Assembly: GCF_964355755.1 (NCBI RefSeq)
Contig: NC_092677.1
Span: forward strand, 15,274,101 to 15,338,100
DNA from: Antedon mediterranea
Lineage: Eukaryota > Animalia > Echinodermata
Length of the DNA stretch: 64,000 bases
Direction of reading: 5' to 3'
A program made the position numbers and the translations under genes. How positions within the stretch are numbered: the first letter of the stretch is position 1; the number at the start of each line of letters is the position of its first letter. The notes beneath the pieces are model-generated. The model searched no databases and was not told where the DNA came from. It saw only the letters and a program-made list of their open reading frames with translations. Shown here in pieces: positions 52,434-64,000 of the stretch.

Positions 52434-53126
52434 AACAAGGCCATATAGATGGCTGCAGTCGCGTGCTCGTTAGTGTTTACCGACCGACCGACCAACCTAC
52501 CAACTGACCGAAATTACTGAACATGTTTAAAAATGTTGAAATGTTTAAAAACATTTATATTTTTTTAATTTACACGTGCGTAGCCTGTCAGTTTTGAAGT
52601 GCTCGTATAACGTAATTTCGAGTTGAAAAGTAAGTCAAGAAAACAGAAATCGGGCAAAAAGAGTGCGCAATAACATTTAACGCGCAGTGCGCGCGCAAAA
52701 ATCTAAAATTGCCTGAAACGTACTCTTATTTCATCGAAAATAAATTTTGAAAATTTTAAGCGTGCGTACGCATGCGTTACATGCGCTACGCACGTAATTG
52801 TATTGCCATATGATGATTTATGCCCTGAAATTTATGAGTACCAACTTGTATTTAATTGTGATTCATGGTTTTGAAGATATGATTACAAACGTGATTTCGT
52901 TAAATCGTGCGTACACCGCGTAATTTTTTATTGCGCACCGTGAAAAGATAACCACATCGATTCCTGGCCATAAGGAATATACTGTGAAAAATTGACTTAG
53001 CTAGATTAAACTGATATCAAGATAAGGTCAGAAAGCGATAAAACGCATAGTGATACCGGACCGACAGACAGACAGACCGACCGACCGACATAGTTAACTA
53101 TAGAGTCGCGTCCACGCGACTAAAAA
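52434..53126 (+). mobile_element. HINE/DINE-1-like non-autonomous Helentron element, longest copy
   Basis: 5' AACAAGGCCATATA..CAGTCGCGTG, (ACCG)n/(ACAG)n tracts, 3' hairpin AGTCGCGT-cc-ACGCGACT followed by an A-run; no TSD. Confidence 0.7.
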
Positions 53127-56100
53127 ACAATAATTAAAAACCGTTCAATAGTGCTTACTAATGCATCCCATGTGACTCATAATTGTCCAATTAAATGATT
53201 ATTTATTTATTTATTTATTTATGAATATTGATATTCATAACACCAGAATCAATTACACCATTTTTCAACCGGCATCACATGAATCACAATTTCATAAATA
53301 AGGTCATCAATTGAAGACAATTTGGTAAAGTTGTCTAGATATTGTGGATATCTTACAAAAATCCAGACTAATTGTTATTAATAAGTATGTATATGATACT
53401 GTAATGTAATTAGTGTTTTTCATAATTTCCTAATTTATTATTGTTATATTTTATAAAGGAATTACTGACTCATTGAGTCATAGTGGCCTAGGTCGCTTTT
53501 GTTCTTCCTGACCTGTTTTTATTGTTGTTTTTGGTAAAATAAAAAACGAAATAAAATATTAATTATAATGGTTATGATTTTAAGCTTATCATATTTACAT
53601 TATTACTATGTTATATCTATTTTGTACATGAGAGATTATTATAGTGAGAAATCATTAAGACAAAAAAACCCCCAAAAACCAACGGGAACATGTATATTTA
53701 GGTCTCTTTGTAGCTGTACACTTATGAAAGGAATTTGTTATTGGGAAAATCTTTTTAAAGCAATACATTGTTAAATTGACTGGAAACCAATGGATTTTTG
53801 GTTACATCTAACATTTATATATTTATTTATATATTATATATTTTTTTTTAACGGAAGTGATTATTAAAACTGCGGAATTGCCTATGCAAATAATTTTTCT
53901 ATAATTTTCATTTTATTTGAGTGGGGACAATTATCATCTTTAAAAATACGATGATCCATATCTGTTATTTTACATTCCTAGAATACAATATAGTAATTAT
54001 GTGAAACTGACTTTTCATCATCTTTGTGTTATCAAGGCTAGAATAATTATAACGTTGTTCGATAATCACTTAGTTTTACTACAAAACTGTATTGATATCA
54101 CGCATTGTTGGTTGGTATTCAACTATTATTTGGCCTAGACCCACTAAGTCACACCATATCACCAAGATAATTGCTAAAAGTGCGGTACCTGCGCACCTTC
54201 GAAGCGAATAATTGATCATTTGTGTGGTTTACGAAAGTATTTTGGGATTGGCTGCATCAATAGGCATGCCCATTTAGATTTAGTGATATCGGCACAGATT
54301 GGCACGATGTTTCCGGCTTAAATAATAGAACAGGATCAAAAGTATGCCTACCTAAAGCTCGAGTAAACTTCGGGGGTTAACATTCTGGAATCGTATTCAC
54401 AGTTGTTTCCATAAAAATATTACACTTTAAGTAAGGGATTTTCTAAGTGTTATTTTTTATTTAATATTAAGGGTGTTTTCTTTAGCGTAATGCTTGGCTA
54501 GTTCTCATTAGGACCCAAGAGAAGGACGTAGGCCCATCGTAGGTAATTTCACCAATCACAACGTGATATGGATCATTTGTGAATTTTTGATTGTCTTATG
54601 TTGTGCCTGTCGGCTTAAGAGATTAGATTTAGGCTGAACGATTGCTAAACTTTATTAAAACAAGAAGGCCTGTGTCTAGTAAAAAAAGCAGACTAGACGC
54701 ATTCTCTTCCTCAGCGTGACCACTGCTGGACACTATAACTAAAACGACCTTGGTTCGGCCCACCTTTTGTCTAGATTCAACCAGGTGTATTATATTTGTT
54801 ACCTGTGTAAACACATAATAACCTAGTTTGGCAAAAGTTGTGGACACGTACGTCATAGCTTTGTGAAAACAAATTTACCAAGTAACAAGCATTTTCTTGA
54901 ACTATTTTTAGTGAATTAAAAAAAAGTGGTATGACGACAGAAGTAGCCTACATTTAAGTCCATAATAAGCGTTTACACAAAATGTCACGATTGTGACTAT
55001 TCTCTATAGTCTACTAAGTATATATAACAATAATAATTTTGAAATATTTCATATATTATAATGCTTACATTAAGTTCTAAAGCATATCATAGGCCTATTA
55101 TGCACGTATTATATTACTAGACAAAGGACGTTCTTAGGACACAAACAGAATTTTCGAAATTGGAAATAAGTCAACTGTTCACTATGATAGATTATGTAAG
55201 AATTATGCACATCAAGTAATAATATGACATATTTAAGAAGGCGTTTGCGGATTACACTTAGTACAGTCATTGAGAAGTATTAATTCTACATGGTACGCCT
55301 GACACAAAAGCTTTTTTAGTGTAAATACCCATTAGGCCTACATGTTGGGTTTATATATTATGATGTAAGATGTTACATCTAGTACTAGACAATAACGTTT
55401 CATGGACCAGTACCCTTTTGAATCAGTACCATGTTGTGCACGGGACTTATTATTGGCCAACACAATCATCTACGTTTTTCCTTTATTCTAGGTATACAAC
55501 AAAAACTGAGATAGGACAAATATGACAGACATTTCGAACACAGAATAGATTGAAATGCACACTATACACAATGGTTGAACGTATTCTTAGATTATATGCT
55601 TTCTTGAAATTATGTAAAATCCACATCACTTGCATTGATAGTAATTTGCTGCGTTGTATACTCGTTACTACTCTGCTCCTGCGAGATTCAGTAGAAACGT
55701 GAGGGCGTACTTCAGCAATTATGTAAAGATGTTTAATATTGTGTGTTTATGTAGAGTAAAACATGAAGTGGCTGCAACACCACATCAATCAAATTAACCT
55801 ATTATTATGCTATTTATAAATTTACCGTATATTGTTTTGCAATAAGTATTCTATTTGTGATAACCCTACTTCCAAAGCCAGATCTCTCAAACATCCGAGA
55901 CACTTCCGCTAGTATATTTATGTTAAAACTTGAATAACAATCTAGGCCTACCAGCTTGATTGAACCTGATTCGCGTTTTGTCGCTTTATAAAAATTTGGG
56001 AAAAAAAATCGGTGCAATCTCCTTCTTTACATTATATCATTAGTAAAATATTAACTTAATAACCTTTGCTTGTGTTATGGTATCACCACTCACACATTTT

Positions 56101-57304
56101 AATTGTACATGTACGCTTGTTTTTTTATATACTTTGTACGTAGCCTAACATAGAAAAAATTCATTGAATAGTGGAAAGAAATGTCAGAAAGTTCTGTCTT
56201 TATTTACAAGTTAACTGCAAACCATACTAAATCATTTCAGCTTATAAATCAAAAAGTAGCCTGATCAATCAGGTAGGCCTACGTGTTGTTTTACTGTTTT
56301 TTTTTTAACTGTAGGCCTATTATATTAAAGGGTGGAGAAGGATTATTAACTGCCAATCAACAATGGAAAAAAACACTCTCGTATAGTAATAGTACAAGAA
56401 GTGCAGAAGGGTAGGGTTGGAAAAAATGTCCCCTTTTAGTTTAGTAAGAATAGATCGTAAAAAACGTGGTAGAATTGTTATTTCAAAAGACAACAATAGT
56501 GCATAGGCCTAGCCTAATATTTGATCATTCACTCCTTCAAAGGATTAAAAACGGTTACAAAAATAATAATAGAATTTTACTCGAATAATCTCGCAGTGTC
56601 AACGTTTAATGCTTGACCTTTTTTCTGCTTCTGTCAACTCATGTTTGTTGAGGAATTATAGAGTATTGTTAAATCAGGCTAGACTCTATTTGTTAAAATG
56701 AATAGAGTCATTGAGGCAGATAAGACTGTAAAATAATAGGCCGCACCTTATAAACTATTCTATGTTGTCGTTAACGCCAGAGAACAATGTTCACTCACCT
56801 AAAAATCTTTCGTAAACTCTCTGTGACTTGATTTCTTCAAGATTTGTTTGAAACGTGGTAAAATCCTGTCAAATTTTATAAAAGGCCAGGGCCATGTTGT
56901 TTTGAGTGGTTACGAGTTTATGATATTTCAAATTATGTTTTTAGTTTAAGAAAACTACTGTTTACCATGGGGTTATGACCAGATTCTCAGTTATGTATCT
57001 TCTCATTTTCCAGTAGCATATGAATATTTCGTAATACAGCATCGCATGTGAAACACATGTGATGTCTGTATCATGGAATTCTAGGCAAAGGGTCGGGTTA
57101 GGATCTATGATACAGGCTGCAATTGTGATTCACATGTGATGTTGTAATGTGACTGTGGCACTGAATAAATGTAGATACAGATACCTAGAATGGGCGAATT
57201 TAGCTGCATACTTCCAAGTGAAGGCAATAATAACTTCTTAATATTGATGTACCCTATTCACATGCTAGTGTATGGACTTAATGGCTCTAGGCTGGTTTGG
57301 CTCT

Positions 57305-57646
57305 AGGCTGGTTTCCCCCTGGACATTTCCCTCCCCCGGATATTTACCCCCGGTACTCCCCCACCCGGACAATGACCCCACCACATGTTATTAGCTCACT
57401 ATGTCGGTCGGTAAACACTAACTCAAACTTGAGTACGCGACTGTTGGATAGCAAGATAATGAATGAAATACCCAGATGTCTTAGAGTGGCAATGGTCCGG
57501 GGAAAATGTCACGAGGGAAAACGGTCCGGGGAAAATGTCACGAGGGAAAACGGTCCGGGGAAAATGTCACGAGGGAAAACGGTCCGAGGAAAATGTCACG
57601 AGGGAAAACGGTCCGGGGAAAATGTCACGAGGGAAAACTAGGAACC
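57305..57646. mobile_element. MITE-like element with inverted C-rich/G-rich subterminal repeats and an internal HINE-family fragment
   Basis: Left CCCCGGACA(T/A)TT-type repeats oppose right GGAAAATGTC repeats; 57403-57441 matches the HINE 5' end. Confidence 0.45.
57494..57638. repeat. 29-bp tandem repeat x5 GGTCCGGGGAAAATGTCACGAGGGAAAAC
   Basis: Five near-identical direct copies. Confidence 0.95.
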
Positions 57647-60600
57647 TGCTCCCGTTACGTAGAGAGAGTTACGCAGCCTGTTTAGCCCTATGGTCTGTTT
57701 GTCTATAAGAGGTTACATAATTCGTTTAAACTCTTCCATTTGTTACTCTGCATCTGAATGAAACCTTTTAGTTTGCCTCAATAATTCGATCTTCATTATA
57801 AATTGTTCAGTGAAGCAAGTAAACAATTTTACTATAACCATTATTATAGTGAACGTAAGGAGTGTCAACACCTTTTCCACTTGGTGACTTTGGAAAGAGT
57901 ATCTCGATGTGGAGATATTTTTCTAGTTTGTTGTAGCAGTGGTTTTAGAGATGAAAGCGGCAACCAGCGATTGAGTTACAATAATTTCAATAGCTTAACA
58001 TCGTTTATTAAGTCTCCAAACACATTTGAATTGTTTTGTTGCTTACTTTCATACATATTAGTTATTCTTTAAAATCAATCACATTATTGATCATGATTTC
58101 ATTTGTCAATATAACAACCCAACTATGTATGTAAATATTAATAAAGAACCTACGTTTATGATGTGTAGCCTACGTATGCAAATTTGTTGGCTGTAGGTAA
58201 AGAGTAAAACAATGGAATGAAATTAAGAAAAATGCGCGGAAAGTGCACATGCACATATGCAGACTATTCACAATTTCGGAACTATTATACATTATTATTG
58301 AGCCGTAGGTTCGTGTAGGCTTCTATTAGTGCATTGTTCTGTAATTTATTTACATTAATATATTTAATATGTAAATGTTAATAATGTTGATGTACTAGAG
58401 ATGGATGTTGGTATGCAGAGAGAAGACCTGGCTGTCACAATGGGAGATAGGAAATTGTGGAAGAATCTAGACATATAAGTTCGGGTATGTAAATAATTGT
58501 TTCGGAAAACCACGAACACATAAACATTGCTGGTAAAATTTCTTTGAGATTCTCACTGACATGCAAGAAATTCGGCTACCCACAATTTCTATTTTTTAAC
58601 TGGTGTTAATTCAGGTATACAAGTTTAATAATTATTTCGAATGTCTTTGTTTATTCCACCCGATGGACTTCGGTATCATGTCTAGCGACAATAAACAACC
58701 TATTGTATCGTGGCTTCTTACAGCAACCCGCATCCCAGTATGCGAAGTTGTATTTATCTTTGTTTTGTACCCCTTCTTTCTAAATAGGAATTTTGTTAAT
58801 TTTAGTAATGCTATTGATATGAAAATAATTTGACGGTAAATTTATTCCTAACACTTATAAACCAATATTAGTTATCGTTTCCCACTAAACTATGTCAATG
58901 TGTGAAGCGATGTGTAATTCACTTTTAGAATCAAAACAAATAATTTAAGTAATTGCACCCATAGTTTTTATGTAAATGTTATGATGCATGATGCGTTCGA
59001 AGTTATCATAGTACTGGGATGTTATTCAAAGGCATGGCTCATCGGGCCTCCAACCCCAAGTCTATGGTGACAGTGATGCGACAAGCACACAATACAATAA
59101 ATTTATAGACTCAACAAAAAATACTGCAGTCTTTTTCACTCGCAATTATAGCCTATATTTAAAGCTCATAGATCACAACTTTTTCACCGTCTTATACATA
59201 ATCTAATATTGTTATAGATCTCTTCCACAATAGTAATGCTCGCAAGTGAAATGGCTCTAGAGATATTCACAGAAAAGTTTACACAATGCTAGACGACTCC
59301 ACCGATGTAATTGTGAAATTACATTCAAGCACCATGTTATTTTACCTCAAATGGTAGTCAAGCAGGTTCAATTAAACCAAATTCATTCATGTATGTAAAG
59401 ATCGGTAGTACAGTATGAACACATTTGAACGTAGTCATTCTTCTCACCTACAACTTATCATGGGCGTAAGCATGTGTGGTTGAAGAAAATATCTTAAATT
59501 TAGTTTTTAAGACTGGAACTGGTTTTAATCCTAATTAAAGAGCAATCGGTTATATTAGCGCAGATTGAAATGCTTGTAGTCTTTTCTGTAATATTATACT
59601 TTAAAGCTCAATTCTTCTTTCGAAATGCATTAAGTAGACCTGCTTCAGTGGAAAACCTCTCGTATTTTTTGTCAAGAACCTCTTGATCGGATACCACTTG
59701 ACTGGTTTGTCAGAAATAGCCCATCGACTTGATTGTCACAAAGAATCTCTGTGGTTTGTTACGCTTCTCTCGACTGTCTGTGAACATTAGACAATATTTT
59801 TTTTAAATTGTCTCAGATTTAGAAAATTCTTCTTCGATTATTTGTGCTGTTTTACGGTGCTTTCGAAATGTGACGGAGCGCTTTATTTGCTATCATAATA
59901 CCGAACAGTTTATTATAAGCACACTAACTATCTCTTTTATAGGTTCTTATTAATAACTCTCTATAAATATATATTTCCATATTGAATACTATATTCTTAG
60001 TACATGTCTTGCTATAACATAGTGACGTTGCAAGAACGTGTATTTTCGTCCCCAAATTTGGTAAACGACGTCTCCGAATAACCTCGTATAAGTTATATAA
60101 CTAAAGAAAAAGCATTCTTACGGTTTGTGAGTGCTTATTCGGACAGCTTGCTTAATCATTGTTTTCCCATTTAAGGGAGTGGGTCCATTCTTTGAAATCA
60201 TTCACGAGTGTAACGTAGAACTTTATTATAATACAATAATTTCGGAATTTTTTAAATAATAATGTTACTTTATAAAGTATATAAAACATAATGTTAGAAC
60301 AGCTATATAATACAACCTTTTCATTGTTATAAAAGAATATCGCCACAATATCCCACAAAATAACAATGAAGACTTTAAACCTTTTTATTTTACTCAAAAT
60401 GAAGAGGACTTAACTGCTGCTAACCCTTTGAAAGAAGGACAGAAGAATAATACCGGTTTCTAATCCCATCACAAAGGTATCACTAGTTTACTCCATTTAA
60501 CAAAACTACTTAGCGTAGTGTTTGATTTCTCTGACTCTCGTCATATGTATATGTAGGGTCAGACTACACAGTTACCTTCAGGGCTTTAGGAAGCAAATAC

Positions 60601-63600
60601 ATGTGATATTGAAGAACACAAATAAAATGTTGGTATAAGGTTTGTGGTTCACCACGTGTGTACAGTATTTCTTAAAATAAATGTTGAGTTTCTCGACATT
60701 TTGATCAATATGCTTCGACCATCCGCATATGTGGTGTACCGCAAACATTGTGTCCATCATGCAAACCTTCAAACAACAAAATTACACTTTCTAATATAAT
60801 AGTAAACTATGATTAATCGTGACTTTTTCAGCTCTTTGGAAAAAATCAAACTCGTATAGTATTGATTCAGCAAAATAGATATAATACTGTATTTGGTTGC
60901 AAACTTTTTTCTTAATTCAAACTAAAATGATTAGAAAACCATGACATTCGGTTACATTGTATTAGGCATGAGAAAAGTAACTTTCACACGAATATCAAAT
61001 ACTCAGTATAAAGGTAATTATTTTTAACAGTTGCTTCAACTTGTTATGTTAATTTTGAAATTTTTTTGTAATAGTCTATGATTAAAGTTCTAACCGTGCA
61101 GAAGAAATATTGAAACATTTGTTGTGGACCAATACATTGTTTTCAGTGTAGTCAAATATATTTTATAAATTCACTGTTAATTAATGAGAACAGGTTGTAG
61201 AATGACAAACAGTTGTTGGATTTTGTATTTGTAGCAATTGCACATTAAGAACCTACTAGCTTCTTGTCAGAGGGACGATGGCTCGTTGGTGAGATTTGAA
61301 AAAAAAGACGGAATAAGTAAAAAGAAAAACTTATTTATAAGAGTGATCGTTCTATAAACTTGAGGCTTGTTTTCTCAATTTTGTCGGGTACCCACAGGTA
61401 CGGGATTTGTTTGTAATTCGTTTATATATTTCAACCGAAGCGTAACCTATTCATTGAATATCTACGGTACTCTATTGTTTAGCCATCAATATTCTGGTCT
61501 TACATGGCAGTGCAGCTCACCAATCAACGCCAAGGCTTAGATATTCCTTTGTGGTCTCTAGCCTATTGATCATTTTACTTATTTGCTAGGTGTGTACTAA
61601 TTCCGGAGTACTTTAGGGTTTACTAGGTTGGGAGAAACGATATATTCTCCGCACCTGTACATTCGTAGGCCTATTTTCATTTCCAACTTGTGCTGCCGTT
61701 CACAATGGGATTTTCGGGAGCATTTTTGCTATTTTTGACTACCATAACTTTGGTTAAGTCTCAGACAGGTAGGCTACATTAATATCACTTTTTTGCTTAT
61801 TTCAACTTAGTGGTTCGTCTTATAGGCTACACAAAACGTTATCGATGACCCAGTTACCTTGTACTTCGATGATGAGACAATGTGATCCATTATTTACTAC
61901 CCGTTTTTTACGTATTTACATTGTGCAAACAAGATGACGGTCATCTCCGATTTCGGAGAGTTTCATTTCATAATATTTATTCAACCAAAAAATATTAAAT
62001 ATTTTATTTTAACATAAATTGGAGAACACTTGTGCAAAACAAAATGACGTTAGTCGTTTCTAAAAAAATAAAATATGAACACAAATATGATAGTTACGAA
62101 GCAGCGTAATCGGCCTTATGTTTTAAAATGTTTAAACTTTTTGCCATGCTGGAAAAACAGGAACAAGCAAAAAGAGGTATCTTTTGTAAAAACTAAGCGT
62201 GCCTGATAAATTCATTTTCTTTAGAATTGAACTTTATTGATTTCTTTAGCGTTCTATTGAAACTGTTATTCTGCTTTTAACGTCTTAGTAGTGTAGTGCT
62301 AAACAACTAACCAATTGTAGGCCTGAGTGGGCCTACGAGTTCAGTAATAAGCAGAGCTGTAATTGAAATTATATTTCATTTTCCAGATATTTTGACGTAC
62401 GTCCAATGTTATAATGTTATTGGATATTATTTTCTCTCAGTTAGGCCCTATTAGCATTTTGCTAATAACACGGGTATATACGAATAACATAATTTATGAA
62501 TGAATGTATTATATTATAAGCCCATCAGCCTTCATTAGAAAAGTTCATATTCATTTTGATTCGCTGTAACTGTTTTTTGTCTTTGTGTCTTTTATGTGTA
62601 AACTGACTTTGGGGTTGGGTCAACCGGCTCAGCTACAGTGATTAAGTTCACTTAGGTTGAACCTGGTCTCCCCAATTTCAGTTTTTGTTTTGTTTTGTAT
62701 ATACTTAAATAGAGCAAATAAATAATGAAATGAAATTATGTTTACAGATAACTAGGTATTTCTTTATTTGGTTTATGACGTTTGATTATCAAACGTTCCT
62801 TAACTTTTTACCAGACCAAGGATCCGGGTTATTTGAATTTAATGTACTCTGTAGTTGTAGGCAATATATATTTAATATTATTTAAGGCAGTTTGCCTGTT
62901 TATCAAATGCCTCACAATCGTTTTTTTAACTCGAAAGTTCGGTGGAATCATACATAAGTAATATTATTGTTTATAGAAATGTAGACCATTAATTATATAA
63001 TCTTGTTACTGTACAATAACAAGGCCTATTTATTGTATTTATTATTTTTATGTACTGTATGGTTTGAAAGGTCTAATTCTAAATACAAACAACCATTTAC
63101 ATGCGATATCATGGTAAAATGGGCTTTCTCTGGAAAGATGAGTATTTCTTAGAATTGTTTCTCTCAATATTATATACAAACTTTGTAATGTATGCTAATT
63201 CAAGTCTAGATAGGACCTTGCCTAACCGATATGTGGAATAAGATGCAGAATTATTTTTAATTAAAATGTATTTGTAAACTTTATTGAAACTTTTTTTTCT
63301 TGGCACATTAAACCATATGTTGCGGTCGAATAGGAGTCCTCTTTGGAATTAAAAATTTCACATTTATAAAAACTAAATACTATAGTTCTTTATATTCTTT
63401 GTCCTGCTGTAGCATAAGTTTCAGTTACTGAATCAACGTTCTAGTCTTCTGATAATGGCCTTTAATATTTTCTCTTGATTTGAATATTATTATATACCCT
63501 ACGGAGTAAATACAGAATCCTGAATATAATACATTAGCTTACAACAGAATAATTTTTAAATAATACAGCATTGTGCTTAGAAAGAATTTTAAAAGAGTCT

Positions 63601-63953
63601 TGGGGCTATGAGAAGGTGGGACTTTGTGCACAGATTAGGGACAATAAACTATAGATTTCTTTCAAGTTTATTTTGCTTGCATATTTTACTCTTATCGATT
63701 ATAGATATGCATTCATAGAAGAATGTGTCCAACACCACACACTAGGCGCAAATAATACACGTTAGTACTCAGCCCTAAATAATCAACCTAACTCTAGCTA
63801 AGGAACTGAACAAAAGCCGTCTCAATAATATTCTCCTCTAGGCCTATAGCTCCTTCGCGTCAGCAAAGAGAACTAAAAACTACAATTACAATCCTGTTGG
63901 TACAGTACCCGCTGCTTACTTGGGCTCGAATCTAACCACTAGCCATTAGCGCA

Positions 63954-64000
63954 AGCTCGGTGGTCTAGAGGTATGAACGCAAGGCTAGTGATCTGGAGGT
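63954..64000 (+). mobile_element. Possible tRNA-derived SINE head truncated by the window end
   Basis: GCTCGGTGGTCTAGAGGTATGA resembles a tRNA 5' half with an A-box; no complete cloverleaf visible. Confidence 0.3.

Noticed and set aside
55814-56017. 67-aa minus-strand ORF
   Set aside because: Non-ATG start, no motif and no splice context; probably chance
57297-57708. ORFs with repeating GKCHEGKRSGENVTREN peptides
   Set aside because: Produced by the 29-bp tandem repeat
60577-60772. Possible minus-strand exon bounded by AG/GT
   Set aside because: No recognisable protein motif, no partner exons, and the frames stop early
63954-64000. tRNA gene
   Set aside because: Only a tRNA-like 5' part with a non-canonical anticodon arm, cut by the window edge; more likely a SINE head

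Overview
AT-rich, intron-containing animal DNA, probably from an invertebrate bilaterian (an echinoderm or other ambulacrarian is plausible but inferred). Main contents: (1) the 3' part of a DIXDC1/Dixin gene on + (14 coding exons, 1664-17627: end of CH domain, coiled coil, DIX domain). One of its introns holds a 3.7-kb palindrome built from two 3' ends of an XPG-nuclease/CXC (Academ-type) transposon. (2) A complete eyegone-type Pax gene on - (48466-43767) whose degenerate PAI subdomain lies on its own symmetric exon. (3) A candidate small secreted-peptide gene on - missed by the ORF track (TATA+Inr promoter, signal-peptide exon, 21-nt micro-exon). A 5'-truncated but uninterrupted Rex1/Babar-like LINE RT has inserted into its distal region, in frame with an acidic host ORF. 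(4) Many MITEs, HINE-like elements, SINE/LINE fragments and minisatellites. (5) A high density of TA-x-TA motifs (TAGGCCTA, TACCGTA, TACAGTA) that behave like DNA-transposon excision footprints. All calls are from manual reading; no database searches were run.
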